A stretch of 35,976 nucleotides of DNA from Anaerolineae bacterium (GCA_012031655.1 JAAUUD010000003.1:1-35976); one strand, 5' to 3'; counted from the first letter of the stretch, positions 21,899 through 34,649 are shown. The notes: generated by a model not told the origin, from the letters alone. Made by a program: numbers and translations.

Positions 21899-21923
21899 CG
21901 ACCCGCGAGGGTCGTTTTTGTTT
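21899..21923 (+). terminator. Terminator-like hairpin in the 23S leader
   Basis: CGACCC-GCGA-GGGTCG followed by TTTTTGTTT. Confidence 0.6.
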
Positions 21924-21946
21924 GGGGTAGCCCAGCGCGCGGCTTC

Positions 21947-22029
21947 GCACCTTACCAAGTGAATAAGCTGTAACAGATGCAGCAAGGCACGTAGAAGTTC
22001 AATTTCTCCGTACTCAGCCTGAAGTGAGT
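21947..22029 (+). promoter_or_regulatory. boxA-like element and 5' strand of the long 23S processing stem
   Basis: GCACCTTACCAAGTGAATA; GTGAATAAGCTGT pairs with ACAGCTTATTCAC near 24878-24890; TCAATTTCTCCGTACTCAG.CTGAAG pairs with about 24824-24850. Confidence 0.75.
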
Positions 22030-24821
<2,792 letters not shown>

Positions 24822-24920
24822 ACCTTCAGGTCTTGAGTGCGGAGAAGTTGACCCTCTACGGTCGCCTGCAGCCTATCACAGCTTATTCACCCCCCCCACA
24901 CCGCGTGGGGCAGCGGTTTG

Positions 24921-25034
24921 TTGGTGGCTCCCGCGCTGGGGGTACACCTGGTCCCTTCCCGAACCCAGTCGTTAAGTCCAGCAGCGCCAATGGTACTTGG
25001 GGAGCCATCCCCTGGGAGAGTAGGCCGCCGCCAA
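24921..25034 (+). rRNA. rrf: 5S rRNA
   Basis: TTGGTGGC/GCCGCCAA helix I, CCCGAACC, GTTAAG, GGGAGAGTAGG. Confidence 0.95.
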
Positions 25035-25142
25035 CAAACCCCCGCCCCACGCCACACTCCCCACACTTTTCCACCATCCCTCAAAAATTTTATCCCTATA
25101 TCCCCTTTTTCAAATTGCCCTGAATATGGCTATAATTCAGGC

Positions 25143-25802
25143 ATGACACTTCTCGATGGCATCACACACATCATATTTGATCTGGACGGTCTGCTCGTTG
25201 ACACCGAGCCGCTCTGGCAGGCTGGCGAAAGTGCCATCCTGGCGCGCTATGGAACCGCCTGGGACCCGGAAATAGCGAAAACACACATTGGCCGCCGCCT
25301 GGACGAGGCTGCTGCTGCCATGATTGCTGGCTATGGATTGCCCTTAGCGGCTGCCGTGCTGGAAGCGGAAATTCTGGAAGACGTCGTTGCCCGTACTGCG
25401 CATGAATTGGTGGCCATGCCCGGCGCCGACGAACTGGTGCGGCGTGCTTATTCTGCGGGCTATCCGCTGGCGATTGCCAGTAGCTCCCCCCGCTATTACA
25501 TTGAAGCCGTGGTGCAGCAAAGTGGCTGGGCTGGCCTGATTACCCACATCGCCAGCGCCTATGAAGCACCACAGGGCAAGCCTGCGCCAGACGTTTATCT
25601 GGATGCAATTGCTCGGCTGGAAACCACCGCCGCGCGTTGCATCGCATTCGAAGACAGCCCCACGGGTGCTCGGGCGGCGCAGGCCGCTGGGTTACGTACC
25701 GTTGCTGTTCCAGGGCATGGCTTTACCCCGCAGGATTACCTGGGCATTGTGGACCATGTTCTGCCCTCATTGCTGGAAATCCTCCCCCTCATTAAAACCT
25801 AA
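25143..25802 (+). CDS. HAD-family phosphatase (subfamily IA)
   Basis: IFDLDGLLVDTE, MPGA, IASSS, GKPAPDVY, FEDSPTG; the ORF-track extension over the 5S gene is spurious. Confidence 0.9.
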   Translation: MTLLDGITHIIFDLDGLLVDTEPLWQAGESAILARYGTAWDPEIAKTHIGRRLDEAAAAMIAGYGLPLAAAVLEAEILEDVVARTAHELVAMPGADELVRRAYSAGYPLAIASSSPRYYIEAVVQQSGWAGLITHIASAYEAPQGKPAPDVYLDAIARLETTAARCIAFEDSPTGARAAQAAGLRTVAVPGHGFTPQDYLGIVDHVLPSLLEILPLIKT

Positions 25803-25838
25803 TTTGTTCCTCTCTGGCCTATTGAGTAGACTAGGACT

Positions 25839-26072
25839 ATGAATATCCAGCCTACAGATACCTTCTCGACACAGCTGGAAGTTTGCTACGAAGTTCTTCT
25901 GTTCCTGTCCACGCGCATGCAACGCCTGGCACCGGGGGAAATTCTGGAGTTTATTAGCTGCGACCCGGATGCACCCCGTGCTGTCGAAGAGTGGACTGCG
26001 TTACGCAGCTACGAACTTCTTGCTGTTGAAGCCCTGGAAGATGGTCAAACTCGTTTTCTGATTCGGAGATAA
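25839..26072 (+). CDS. TusA/SirA-like protein
   Basis: 77 aa; L.PGEILE..SCDP.A...V..W and C-terminal FLIRR; CYE replaces CPxP. Confidence 0.75.
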   Translation: MNIQPTDTFSTQLEVCYEVLLFLSTRMQRLAPGEILEFISCDPDAPRAVEEWTALRSYELLAVEALEDGQTRFLIRR

Positions 26073-26075
26073 CCG

Positions 26076-28505
26076 ATGAGCCCCAAAAGATGGTTGCTGA
26101 TCATCGCCCTGGCCCTGATGGCGGGCCTGCTGGTTGCTTGCAATGGCGATGATGACGCGGATTCAACCGCCCAGGACGTTAGCTCCGCGCCAGAAACCAC
26201 GGCGGAGGCAGCCCCGGAAACAGAAGTCGCCCAGGCCCCCACAGAAACGGTAGAAGTAACCGAGGAAGCGGTTCCAACGGTCACGCCGCAACGCAATGCC
26301 CCGCTACTCACCGCCACAGCCATCCTGTTGCAAGCGACAGAGATGCGCCTGAGTGCCATCCAGGCGACTGGCGAAGCTCGGTCTGCGTCCACGGGAACCG
26401 CGATTGTTGAAAACGCCCTGGGGACAGCCACAGCAGCCGGCACCGAAGCCCCCACAGCGACCGAAGTAGCCCAGCAACCAACGGCATCGCCAACCCGCAA
26501 TCGGCAGAACAACTTGCTCCTGACTGCGACTGCCCTCCTGGCCGATCAAACGGCCACTGCCGCCGCACCCACGCAGGTTCCCATGGCAACTGCCACCCCA
26601 ACGGAGGCTCAACCGACCGCAACAGAAGTGCTCCCCTCCAGTACACCTAGCGCCAGCCCCACCGTAACCCGAACGAATACTCCAACTGCTGTGGCAACCG
26701 CTACCGTGACGCCTACCGAAGTAGCGCCCGACCTGGAAGCTACGATAAGCGCTGCCGTTGCGGGCACGCTCACGGCTTTGCCGCCTGGTGTCAGCTTGAC
26801 CGAAGGAGCTTCTTTTGCCTTGCAGGTGGCGCCAGAGGTGGGCCTGAGCTTTATGGCCCCCGAGGATTGGCAAGCCGTGCTGGAGGGGCGTACTGCCTTG
26901 CTCCAATCGCCGGACCGGACCAGCGGCTTAATCATCCAGCGGGGAAGCCGGGTGTTCCTGGTGAGCCTGGGCTTGCTAGGCCAGGCTGAAGACCTGGAAA
27001 GTGCCCTGGCGGATGTTTCTTTGAGTGACCAGGCCCCGCAAATCCAGAATGTAAATCCCTTACCGGTGGATGTGCTGGGCGTACCCACCCTGGAGCTGCG
27101 CGCGCAGGATGTATCCTCCGTCACGCTGGCCTATTTGCTCACCCTGGCCGAGGATGATTATGCGCTGGTGGTGGCCTATGCACCGCTGGCACAAGCGCAG
27201 GTCTTCGAGCAGACCGTTTTGCGCCCGGTGCTCTTCTCGCTGGATGATGCGACGGGCGCCAGCGCCGTGGCTACCCCGACGGCCACCGAGGCTGCGGGTG
27301 CTTCTACAGCGACCACGCTCCCGGCGAGTGCCACGCCGCTCCCCACTAGCGCCATAGTCACGCCACTGCCCCAGGTCAGCCCAACAGAGGCCGCCACAGA
27401 GACGCCAGCGACGCTCCCTGCACCCCCCACCGAGATGGGGCAGGCCACGCCGCAGCCAGGCTTCCAGAACTTTAGCAGCCTCTCGCTACGGATCAACTTC
27501 CAATATCCCAGCAATAGCACCCTGGAGCAAGATGGGCCGATTGTCGTGGTGACTTCCGAAGAAAACCAGCAGGCGCGGGTGGTTTTCATCCGCTTGACGC
27601 CGCAGGAATTTGTGGAGGTTGACCTGTTTACGGATGCTTCGGACCCGCAGTTGGCGCTCGAAGGTCTGGTCGAAGAAGCGCTGGATCAGGAATTCTCGGT
27701 TGAGGACGTGGAGCTTTTCGGCTTTACCACCTACCGAGCCGAGCTGGGCTTCCTCCCCGAACTCTATGCAGCCTACTACCTGGTAGACCTGGGTTCGGAA
27801 TGGCTGTACATCTTGGCGGTGGCGCCGCAACAGGCCGTTGATTTCAAAGAAACCTTTGTTGATCCCATCCTGGGGAGCCTGGCCATCACGCCGCCCCTGG
27901 ATGCCATCGCAACAGAAGCGGTGGAGTTCCCCAGCCGCTACACCAGCCCAACAACTGGCATATCGGTCCCCGTGTTCGAAGATACAGTCGCTACAGAGGG
28001 TGAAACCAGCTTTAGCCTGGCCTTTACGGAAAGGGTTGTGGTGACGCTTCAGCGCGGCACGCCTCAGGACTTACTGGCGCGCGGGGTCATCACCAACGAT
28101 ATTGGCCTGATTGCCGCCGTTCGTAGCATCGCAGAACGCTTTGGGGTGCAGGATGTAACTGTGGAGCCAGACCGCAACCTGCCTTATTCTCGGGCGGCCT
28201 ATGTGGAGTTCGAGGTCGAGGGTGTGGGCTACCACTTTAGCGCGGCTGTGGTGGATGAGGTCGAGAACGAGTGGCTGGTGGTGGAGGTCAGCGGCCCTGC
28301 TGAGGTCTTTGCAAGCTTTGTCGCCACGACCCTGAACAGCTTTTTGCAGCAGGTCCAGCTGGAAGAAGGCTTTGTGGCGCCTAGCGGAGCCAGCACACCG
28401 GCTCAACCGACCACTGGCAGCGCTACACCCACGCTGCAACCCACCTACACGCTGCAACCCACCTACACGCCGCTGCCCACCTATACCCAACCCGCCAATC
28501 CTTAA
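26076..28505 (+). CDS. Large lipoprotein with Thr/Ala/Pro linkers and three repeated globular domains
   Basis: Signal peptide with LVAC lipobox; low-complexity linkers; repeated [LI]S[FV]..P starts. Confidence 0.8.
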   Translation: MSPKRWLLIIALALMAGLLVACNGDDDADSTAQDVSSAPETTAEAAPETEVAQAPTETVEVTEEAVPTVTPQRNAPLLTATAILLQATEMRLSAIQATGEARSASTGTAIVENALGTATAAGTEAPTATEVAQQPTASPTRNRQNNLLLTATALLADQTATAAAPTQVPMATATPTEAQPTATEVLPSSTPSASPTVTRTNTPTAVATATVTPTEVAPDLEATISAAVAGTLTALPPGVSLTEGASFALQVAPEVGLSFMAPEDWQAVLEGRTALLQSPDRTSGLIIQRGSRVFLVSLGLLGQAEDLESALADVSLSDQAPQIQNVNPLPVDVLGVPTLELRAQDVSSVTLAYLLTLAEDDYALVVAYAPLAQAQVFEQTVLRPVLFSLDDATGASAVATPTATEAAGASTATTLPASATPLPTSAIVTPLPQVSPTEAATETPATLPAPPTEMGQATPQPGFQNFSSLSLRINFQYPSNSTLEQDGPIVVVTSEENQQARVVFIRLTPQEFVEVDLFTDASDPQLALEGLVEEALDQEFSVEDVELFGFTTYRAELGFLPELYAAYYLVDLGSEWLYILAVAPQQAVDFKETFVDPILGSLAITPPLDAIATEAVEFPSRYTSPTTGISVPVFEDTVATEGETSFSLAFTERVVVTLQRGTPQDLLARGVITNDIGLIAAVRSIAERFGVQDVTVEPDRNLPYSRAAYVEFEVEGVGYHFSAAVVDEVENEWLVVEVSGPAEVFASFVATTLNSFLQQVQLEEGFVAPSGASTPAQPTTGSATPTLQPTYTLQPTYTPLPTYTQPANP
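28431..28484 (+). repeat. 18-bp tandem repeat encoding TLQPTY units
   Basis: ACGCTGCAACCCACCTAC twice plus the degenerate ACGCCGCTGCCCACCTAT. Confidence 0.85.
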
Positions 28506-28520
28506 CGCGCAGATTGGGTG

Positions 28521-29453
28521 CTAATCTCCGAAAAGCCCGCCAGGTGCACTGGCGGGTTTTCTTTTGCGCCAACGCCCTAGGCCGGGTTTGTAATTCACGG
28601 CAAAGACCCCGCCCAGGATGAGCGCAGCCCCGGCCAGCAACGAAGCATCCACCGTCTCATTGAGGAAAATCGCCCCCAGCGCAATGCCTACAGGTGGAAA
28701 GACGTAGGTCACTACCGAGGCGCGTGTGCCCCATTGGTCCAGCAGGTAGTAGAACAGGAAGTAGGCCGCCACCGTGTTTATGACTGCCAACGTGATCACC
28801 GCCGCCAAAATGTCTGTGCTAAAGCGGCTTGCCGAGGGGAGGGGGGCGCTCACCAGGGTTAAGGGGATGATCATCACGCTAGCGGCCAGCAAGGTTGTCC
28901 CCGCAATGGTGATGGACTCGATGTGGCGCAACCGGGCACGGATGAACACCAACGCAATCCCATAACTCAGGGAGGCCCCCAGCATCATGACCTGACCGGC
29001 GAGCGGGCTGGCCCCAGCCGTCTGCAAACCGCGCCACGTTAGCATGATGATGCCCCCATAGCCAATCATCAGGCCCAGCAGGCGCGTCAGGTTTAGCCGT
29101 TCATCCTTCAGGAAGAAGTGCGCGATCACCAGGCTGAACAACGGCACCGTCGAATTTAGGATCGTAGCCAGGCTGCTGTCGATGCTCTCTTCGGCGCGGG
29201 CGATCAAGCTAAAGGGCAGGGCAACGTTCAAGAACCCGGCAATGGCGACCCCGCCCACATCGCTCCAGCGGAGCTTCGCCAGGCGGTGTGTTGCCTGCAA
29301 ATAGGCGATCATCAAGGCTGCGGCCAACCCAACCCGCAACGAAACCAGCGGCAGAGGCCCCAGCGCTTCTACCACGATTTTGATGAGCAAAAATGAAGAC
29401 CCCCAGATCAGGCCCAGGGACCAGAAGGCAAGCCACTGCTTCATCGGCGGCAT
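28521..29453 (-). CDS. DMT/EamA-family transporter
   Basis: IWGSSFLLIK, LRVGLAA, LATILNSTVPLF, FLKDER, VTYVFPPV, FLNETV. Confidence 0.92.
   Translation of the reverse strand: MPPMKQWLAFWSLGLIWGSSFLLIKIVVEALGPLPLVSLRVGLAAALMIAYLQATHRLAKLRWSDVGGVAIAGFLNVALPFSLIARAEESIDSSLATILNSTVPLFSLVIAHFFLKDERLNLTRLLGLMIGYGGIIMLTWRGLQTAGASPLAGQVMMLGASLSYGIALVFIRARLRHIESITIAGTTLLAASVMIIPLTLVSAPLPSASRFSTDILAAVITLAVINTVAAYFLFYYLLDQWGTRASVVTYVFPPVGIALGAIFLNETVDASLLAGAALILGGVFAVNYKPGLGRWRKRKPASAPGGLFGD
28531..28564. terminator. Bidirectional-looking terminator between the convergent lipoprotein and DMT genes
   Basis: AAAAGCCCGCCAG-GTGCA-CTGGCGGGTTTTCTTT. Confidence 0.7.
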
Positions 29454-29486
29454 ATCCTTACTTCAACTTCGTGCGCAGAAATGCGA

Positions 29487-29514
29487 AACCGATGGCTAGG
29501 TGCAGCCATCGGTT
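29487..29514 (-). terminator. Hairpin downstream of the STAS gene
   Basis: Perfect 11-bp stem AACCGATGGCT/AGCCATCGGTT with a weak U-tract on the minus strand. Confidence 0.55.
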
Positions 29515-29560
29515 GAGGGAACAAGGGGGCGTTTTGCCCGGCGCCAGGAAAACGCGCGGC

Positions 29561-29905
29561 CTACTCAGCGATCTTGGCGCGCGCTTCTTCCTCGTTATCA
29601 ACCAGGATAATCCGTTCGGTCAGGCCCACCATGCTAAAGAGCTTTTTGTAATGAGAAGAAAGGCCATAGGCAAACACCTTCCGCCCGGCCTGGGTAGCGT
29701 CTTCGACCAGGCTAATGATCAGACCGATCCCGGCACTGTTGAGGTAATCACTGTTATCAAAGTTCAGGGATAGCAGCTCCACCTTTTCGGCAGCCAGGGC
29801 ATTATATGCGGTATAGGCAGTCTCGCGGGTCTGAGCCGTCACATCGCGTGGGAAGTCCAGAAACCCCATGCGCCCTTCTTTGCGATGTTGCACTTCCTTC
29901 GCCAT
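29561..29905 (-). CDS. STAS-domain anti-sigma factor antagonist (RsbV/SpoIIAA-like)
   Basis: LNF...DYLNSAGIG phospho-serine motif, LF.MVGL; GAGGAG Shine-Dalgarno. Confidence 0.9.
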   Translation of the reverse strand: MAKEVQHRKEGRMGFLDFPRDVTAQTRETAYTAYNALAAEKVELLSLNFDNSDYLNSAGIGLIISLVEDATQAGRKVFAYGLSSHYKKLFSMVGLTERIILVDNEEEARAKIAE

Positions 29906-30011
29906 AACTTGCTCTCCTCATCTGATCTTACCCAGATCAGCCCGATTGTTGGTTCCCGAAGCGCCGCTTGATGGCAACCCGGGCCAGGCGTGTATAAAAA
30001 TTAACCTGCCC

Positions 30012-32886
30012 CTAGCGCTCTGGCGCTGAGGTTTCTCCACTTTCTGCGACCCCAGGGAGGTAAGCGACCATTTTGATCAGGTTCCCGCCATCCGGCAGAT
30101 GAAGGATCTCAAATTCATCCACCAGATTCTTAATGAAGAACAGCCCCCAGCCACGCATGTCGCCCAGGCCAGGTGCAGGTAGTACGTTCGAAAGCGCTTT
30201 CTGGCCGCTATCCGAGATGCGGATTTCCAGCCCATTTGGCGCAGCGCTCAGCAGAACGCTCACCGAGCGCGAAATATCTTCGGCGTTGCCGTGTTCGATG
30301 GCGTTCATGCAGGCTTCGGCCACAGCCGTCTTGATGTCTTCGATACGTTCTTCTGAAAACCGACTTCACGGGCAATAGCGTCCACTGCGCCCCGCGCCAC
30401 CATTTCAAAGCCAAGCTGGCTGGGCAAAAGAGTTCCACATTCCGTCGTGGCATACCCGGGTCTCCGTAGACTATCGGCGCAAATTTCTTTCGAGACAGCT
30501 CAACCTCATCCTCGGGCTCCTCCGTTGGGGCTTCGGTCATAGCGCTGTCAATTCCGGCAGCGCCTTCCACCTCCAAGTTTGGCTCCGAGGGCGGGGCTGG
30601 TTGGTAGTGAAGGGCACGCAACACCAGGATGGTTGTATCATCCTGAGGGTCTAGCTCCCCAAGGTGCTCCTCCACAGACCTTTGAATTGTAGCAAGGACT
30701 TCTGCTGCTGTCACGTTTTCTGGCAGGGCGTTCAGCAGGCTTTCGATGCGGTCGAAGCTATACATTTCTCCCAGGTTATTTTGCGCTTCGACCACCCCAT
30801 CCGAAAACATAACCATCAAACTGCCGGGCAGGAGCTTGATGGAACGGGCCGAGTAGAGCATGCTGGTAGAAACCCCCAGCGGATACCCCCCGATAGGGAC
30901 GGTATCAAAAAGGCGGGTCCCAGCCAGGCGCAGGTAGGGCTGGACCATCCCGGCATTGGCAATATCCAGCATGCTCTCCTGCGGGTCATAAATCGCCAGG
31001 ATCAACGCGCTGTTCATATCATTCTGGCGCATACGGTCAATCAAGCGCACGTTGAGCGCTTGCAGCAGCTCAGAAGGATGCGTATGGCGGGTGCTTTCAT
31101 CACGCATGGCGGTGGTGATGACCGCCATCAGCAGCGCCGCCGGGATACCCTTGCCCTGGACGTCGCCAATGGCAATCACCAGCTTGCCATCCGGCAAGGT
31201 GATGTATTGATAGTAGTCGCCGCTTACCTGCCGCGCCGGGAGGGAGGTGGAAACAATCTCCAACTGAGGGAGGTCCGGGGCGCTGGGGGGGAGCAAGCTG
31301 GTTTGGATACCGCGTGCAATGACCAGCTCTTGCTCAATGCGGTTGACTTCTAGCTCATAGACCCGTGCATTCTGGAGGGCAATACTGGCTTGGTCTGCAA
31401 ACGTCTCGGCCAGTTCGATGTCTTCGCCGCTAAAGCGGTGCTTTTGATGGCTGTTGATGCCCAATACGCCCACCAATTGCTCGCGCACGCGCAGCGGCAC
31501 CCCAACCCAGGAACCAATCTCTTCTGCACTGCCAGCCAGATGAGACCAGCGTTCGTCTATGGTGGTGTCGTTGATGACCACGGTCACCCCGCGTGCGATG
31601 ACCTCGCGCGCGGCACGTGCTTCGTCAATCTGGAGTGTGGGTTGTTCAAGGCTGTGGTTGCCATTGGCGCTGCGGTAGGCTGCCGAGCGCAACTCCTGGT
31701 CTTCAACCAATAAAATGGTGGCGCTATCGTGCGGCACCAGCAGCGCGAGTTCGTCCAGAATGCGTTGCAGCACCGTACCCACATCCAGGCTGGAGTTCAG
31801 CACGCGGCTGGTTTCTAACAAACTGCGCATGGCCAGCCGCCGTTGCTCTTCCAGGCGGAGGGTGCGCCCTTCCTCTAGCAACCGATACGAGAAGGTGCTA
31901 CCCAGCACCAGCACGCACAAGGCAGAAAACACCCCGAACACGTTCAGCAAGAGTAACGTTGTGCTTACTTCGTCTTCCAGTGCTTCGCTTTGGTCGCTGC
32001 TCAGGAAGATAATGAATGCCTCGTTGAGCACGTTGGCAGGCGCGATGGCAGCTTCGCGCACCACATCATCCACGGAATAGCTGCGGTTGATGGGTTCTGC
32101 CAGTTGGGTCAGGCTCGTTAGCGGAGCCTCCTGAAAGGCTGCTTGCAAGTTGGGTTCTGGTAAGGAACTATACTGGAGCGTCCCTGTACCATTCACCACC
32201 CAGACCTGCCCGGTTTCAGCCAGGTCCAGAAAGCTAAACAAATCGGCAAAAAGGGCATTGAGGTCCACCTGAGCCACCAGAAACTCCGTGTTTAGGCTGG
32301 TGGAGTCCACTGGCACAACCAACAAAACTTGCGATGGTGGGAGCATCTCGCTGCGCGTTAGAATTGCCGGAATATCGGCTGTAACGCGTTGACCCTGGCT
32401 GGTTAGGGGCGACCAGCTCTGCTGGGATGGTGTAGCTATAGTCTGCTGGGTCTTCCAGGGTTGTGATGACCGCATGCATGGCTTCAGGATAGGCATACAG
32501 GGCCGACCCCGGAAGTCAAAACGGGTGATGCTCACCAGCGCACCCGGCGGATACTCTAAACTGGCCGCGGCCAGAGCCTCGCGGGCGTCAGCCTGGCGGG
32601 TGACGGATACCGCGCGGATGTCTTCACGACTGGCCAGGCTAGAGAGATCGCCCTCCAGGCTAGTCAGGGTGACCTGGGTTTGTTGCGAAAGGGAAGTGAC
32701 CAGTTGCAGTTGAGAGGTCTGGAAGCGCTCCAGGGCTGTGTCTTCAATGGTAGCAGCAGCCAGTCGGGTCAGGGCAATAACACCAAACATCAGGACCAGG
32801 GTAATTACAACAGATAGGATGGTAAGGCGCTGTCTTTGCAAGCCTACTTCTCCCTCGATGCCCAGCCTTGCATGCCTCATTGGCAC
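30012..32886 (-). CDS. Membrane sensor - GAF - SpoIIE/PP2C phosphatase - RsbW-like HATPase fusion (frameshifts near 30427, 30357 and 32410-32500)
   Basis: Two TM helices around an extracytoplasmic domain; GAF (SWVGVPL, FSGED); PP2C (VSGDYY, GDVQGKG, FSDGVVEA, DDTT); AVAEACMNAIEHG, DSG, RGWGL; start uncertain. Confidence 0.85.
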
Positions 32887-32975
32887 GCCAAAAATACGCC
32901 TGCGCCATGCCAGAATGTATCAAGAAGGCCAGCGATAATCAAATTAAATTAAGTTAACACGCTTGGTCGCTAGGC

Positions 32976-33437
32976 TTAACGTAACTTTCCCATTTCGCGG
33001 ACTGCATCCAGCGCATCCAGGGTCAGATTGGCCGTGGGGACTTTCAGGTTGTAGTTTAGAATCTGGCGGTTGATGGCGCGGATCTGGTCCTGAAACGCGC
33101 TTTCGGCGGCCTTCAGATCATCCTCAGCCGCCCATTGTTGCCGGACCCGGTGTTCATCATAGCGCATCCGCTGGAGGCGCTCCTGGGCTTGTTTCCAGCG
33201 GCGGCAGGCCCGTTGCCAGCCTTGCCGTGCACGGTCTAGCGCTTGCTCAAGGTCCTGTCGTTCTGCAATCCAGGGGGGCAGCACTTCATTATCCGCCATG
33301 ATCTTGTTCGCCAGGCGGTCTTCCTCTGGCACCAGGCGCGAGAGGTCCAGCGGAAGGCGCTTCCCGGCGCTGTTCAGGTTCTCAAAATCGCCCCGCTCCA
33401 TGGCTTTGCGAATGTGTTCATCTGCAATGTCGGGCAT
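32976..33437 (-). CDS. DUF1992 (DNAJC28-type domain) protein
   Basis: I.KAMERGDFENL..AGK.L, KIMADN.VLPPWI, IN.QI..YNLKVP. Confidence 0.85.
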   Translation of the reverse strand: MPDIADEHIRKAMERGDFENLNSAGKRLPLDLSRLVPEEDRLANKIMADNEVLPPWIAERQDLEQALDRARQGWQRACRRWKQAQERLQRMRYDEHRVRQQWAAEDDLKAAESAFQDQIRAINRQILNYNLKVPTANLTLDALDAVREMGKLR

Positions 33438-33457
33438 GGTGCTCTCCCCTTGCCGTG

Positions 33458-34492
33458 CTAATTGCTGCCCGGCGTTCCAAAGTCGATGATCTCTCCGCCT
33501 ACCGTAAAGGTCGCTTGTAATTCTCCCTGATCATCGTATAACATGACGGTTTCGCCCACTTCCCACATGGGGCTGCTCTGGTTCCAGTAGAGGAAGCCCG
33601 GCGTATTGGTGCCGGTGCGGGTTTGGACGCGGATTAAGCTCCCCGGCACCAGGCGCACCGCTGGAAAAGTGAACAGGTTGCCCTGGCCGTCTTCCAGGGT
33701 CCAACCGCTCAAGGCAATTTCGCCGCTCAGGTTTTGCAGCACCACCTGTTCACGGGTAATGTCTCCGGCATTTTCCACGGCGACGATGGCCACTTCGGGG
33801 TTTTCTACGGTGGGTGGCAGTTCTGCTGTCGGCGCGATGAAGGTCAGGTTGAAGGTGGGACGCGGGGTAATGGTCGGGGTGGGGGTGGCATCCGGTTGGC
33901 AGGTTGGGCCAGGGACGAGCAATTCCTGGCCAATTTGCAGGATGGTTTGATCTGTGATGTCGTTAAGCACCAGAAGCGCCGGGAGGGTCACACCAAAGCG
34001 GTTGGCGATGGTGCTGGCTGTATCGCCTGACTGGACGAAGTATCGTTCGCAGCCATCCTCCGGTTGTGGAGTGCTGGCCCCCGTGGCATTCTGAGCAACG
34101 CTGCCGCTGGGTGCGCCCGGCAAGCTGGGGATGAGTTGCGGCGGCAGCGTGGGCAGGTCATCGCTGCTGGAGGCGGGCACGTTTGGGGTGGCGTTGGTGG
34201 TGGGGATGAGGCCCGCCCCGCCACCGGAAGCGGTGTTGGGGGCCTGGGTAAGCTCGCGCGCTGCTGCGGTGATGGTCAACGCCTGGGCATCCACGGTTTG
34301 CTGGAGCGCATCTGCCGAAAGGGGCTGGTTAGGGTCTGGGGTCGCGGTCACCACGATGATAATTGTTGGGCGGGCGCGGGCTTCTTCGCCACTGTCATCT
34401 GGCGAGAAGAACGTGATCACACCAAAGGCCACCCCAATTGAGACGACCACATTGATCAGAAGAAAGAGTGCGCCGGTCTGCCGTCTGCCCAT
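33458..34492 (-). CDS. Membrane-anchored LysM plus lamin-tail-domain protein
   Basis: N-terminal TM; YFVQSGDTASTIA.RFGV...L..LN.I...LQIGQELLVP; EQVVLQN, LSGWTLED, FTFP, LYWN; ATG 34492 with AAGGA. Confidence 0.85.
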   Translation of the reverse strand: MGRRQTGALFLLINVVVSIGVAFGVITFFSPDDSGEEARARPTIIIVVTATPDPNQPLSADALQQTVDAQALTITAAARELTQAPNTASGGGAGLIPTTNATPNVPASSSDDLPTLPPQLIPSLPGAPSGSVAQNATGASTPQPEDGCERYFVQSGDTASTIANRFGVTLPALLVLNDITDQTILQIGQELLVPGPTCQPDATPTPTITPRPTFNLTFIAPTAELPPTVENPEVAIVAVENAGDITREQVVLQNLSGEIALSGWTLEDGQGNLFTFPAVRLVPGSLIRVQTRTGTNTPGFLYWNQSSPMWEVGETVMLYDDQGELQATFTVGGEIIDFGTPGSN

Positions 34493-34649
34493 GCTGGTTT
34501 CCTTATCTGTCGGCGCGCTATCGTCAGATGTTTGATGATGCGCTTGCGCCTGCATACTAGCACAGCGCCTGGGCCGGGGCAACCGACAACAGTTGCCCGC
34601 GCCATCGATCCCCACTACACTCAGAGCGACATCAAGTGAAGGAACAGCC

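Noticed and set aside
28431-28484. CRISPR-like array
   Set aside because: Spacerless in-frame coding repeats; no cas genes.
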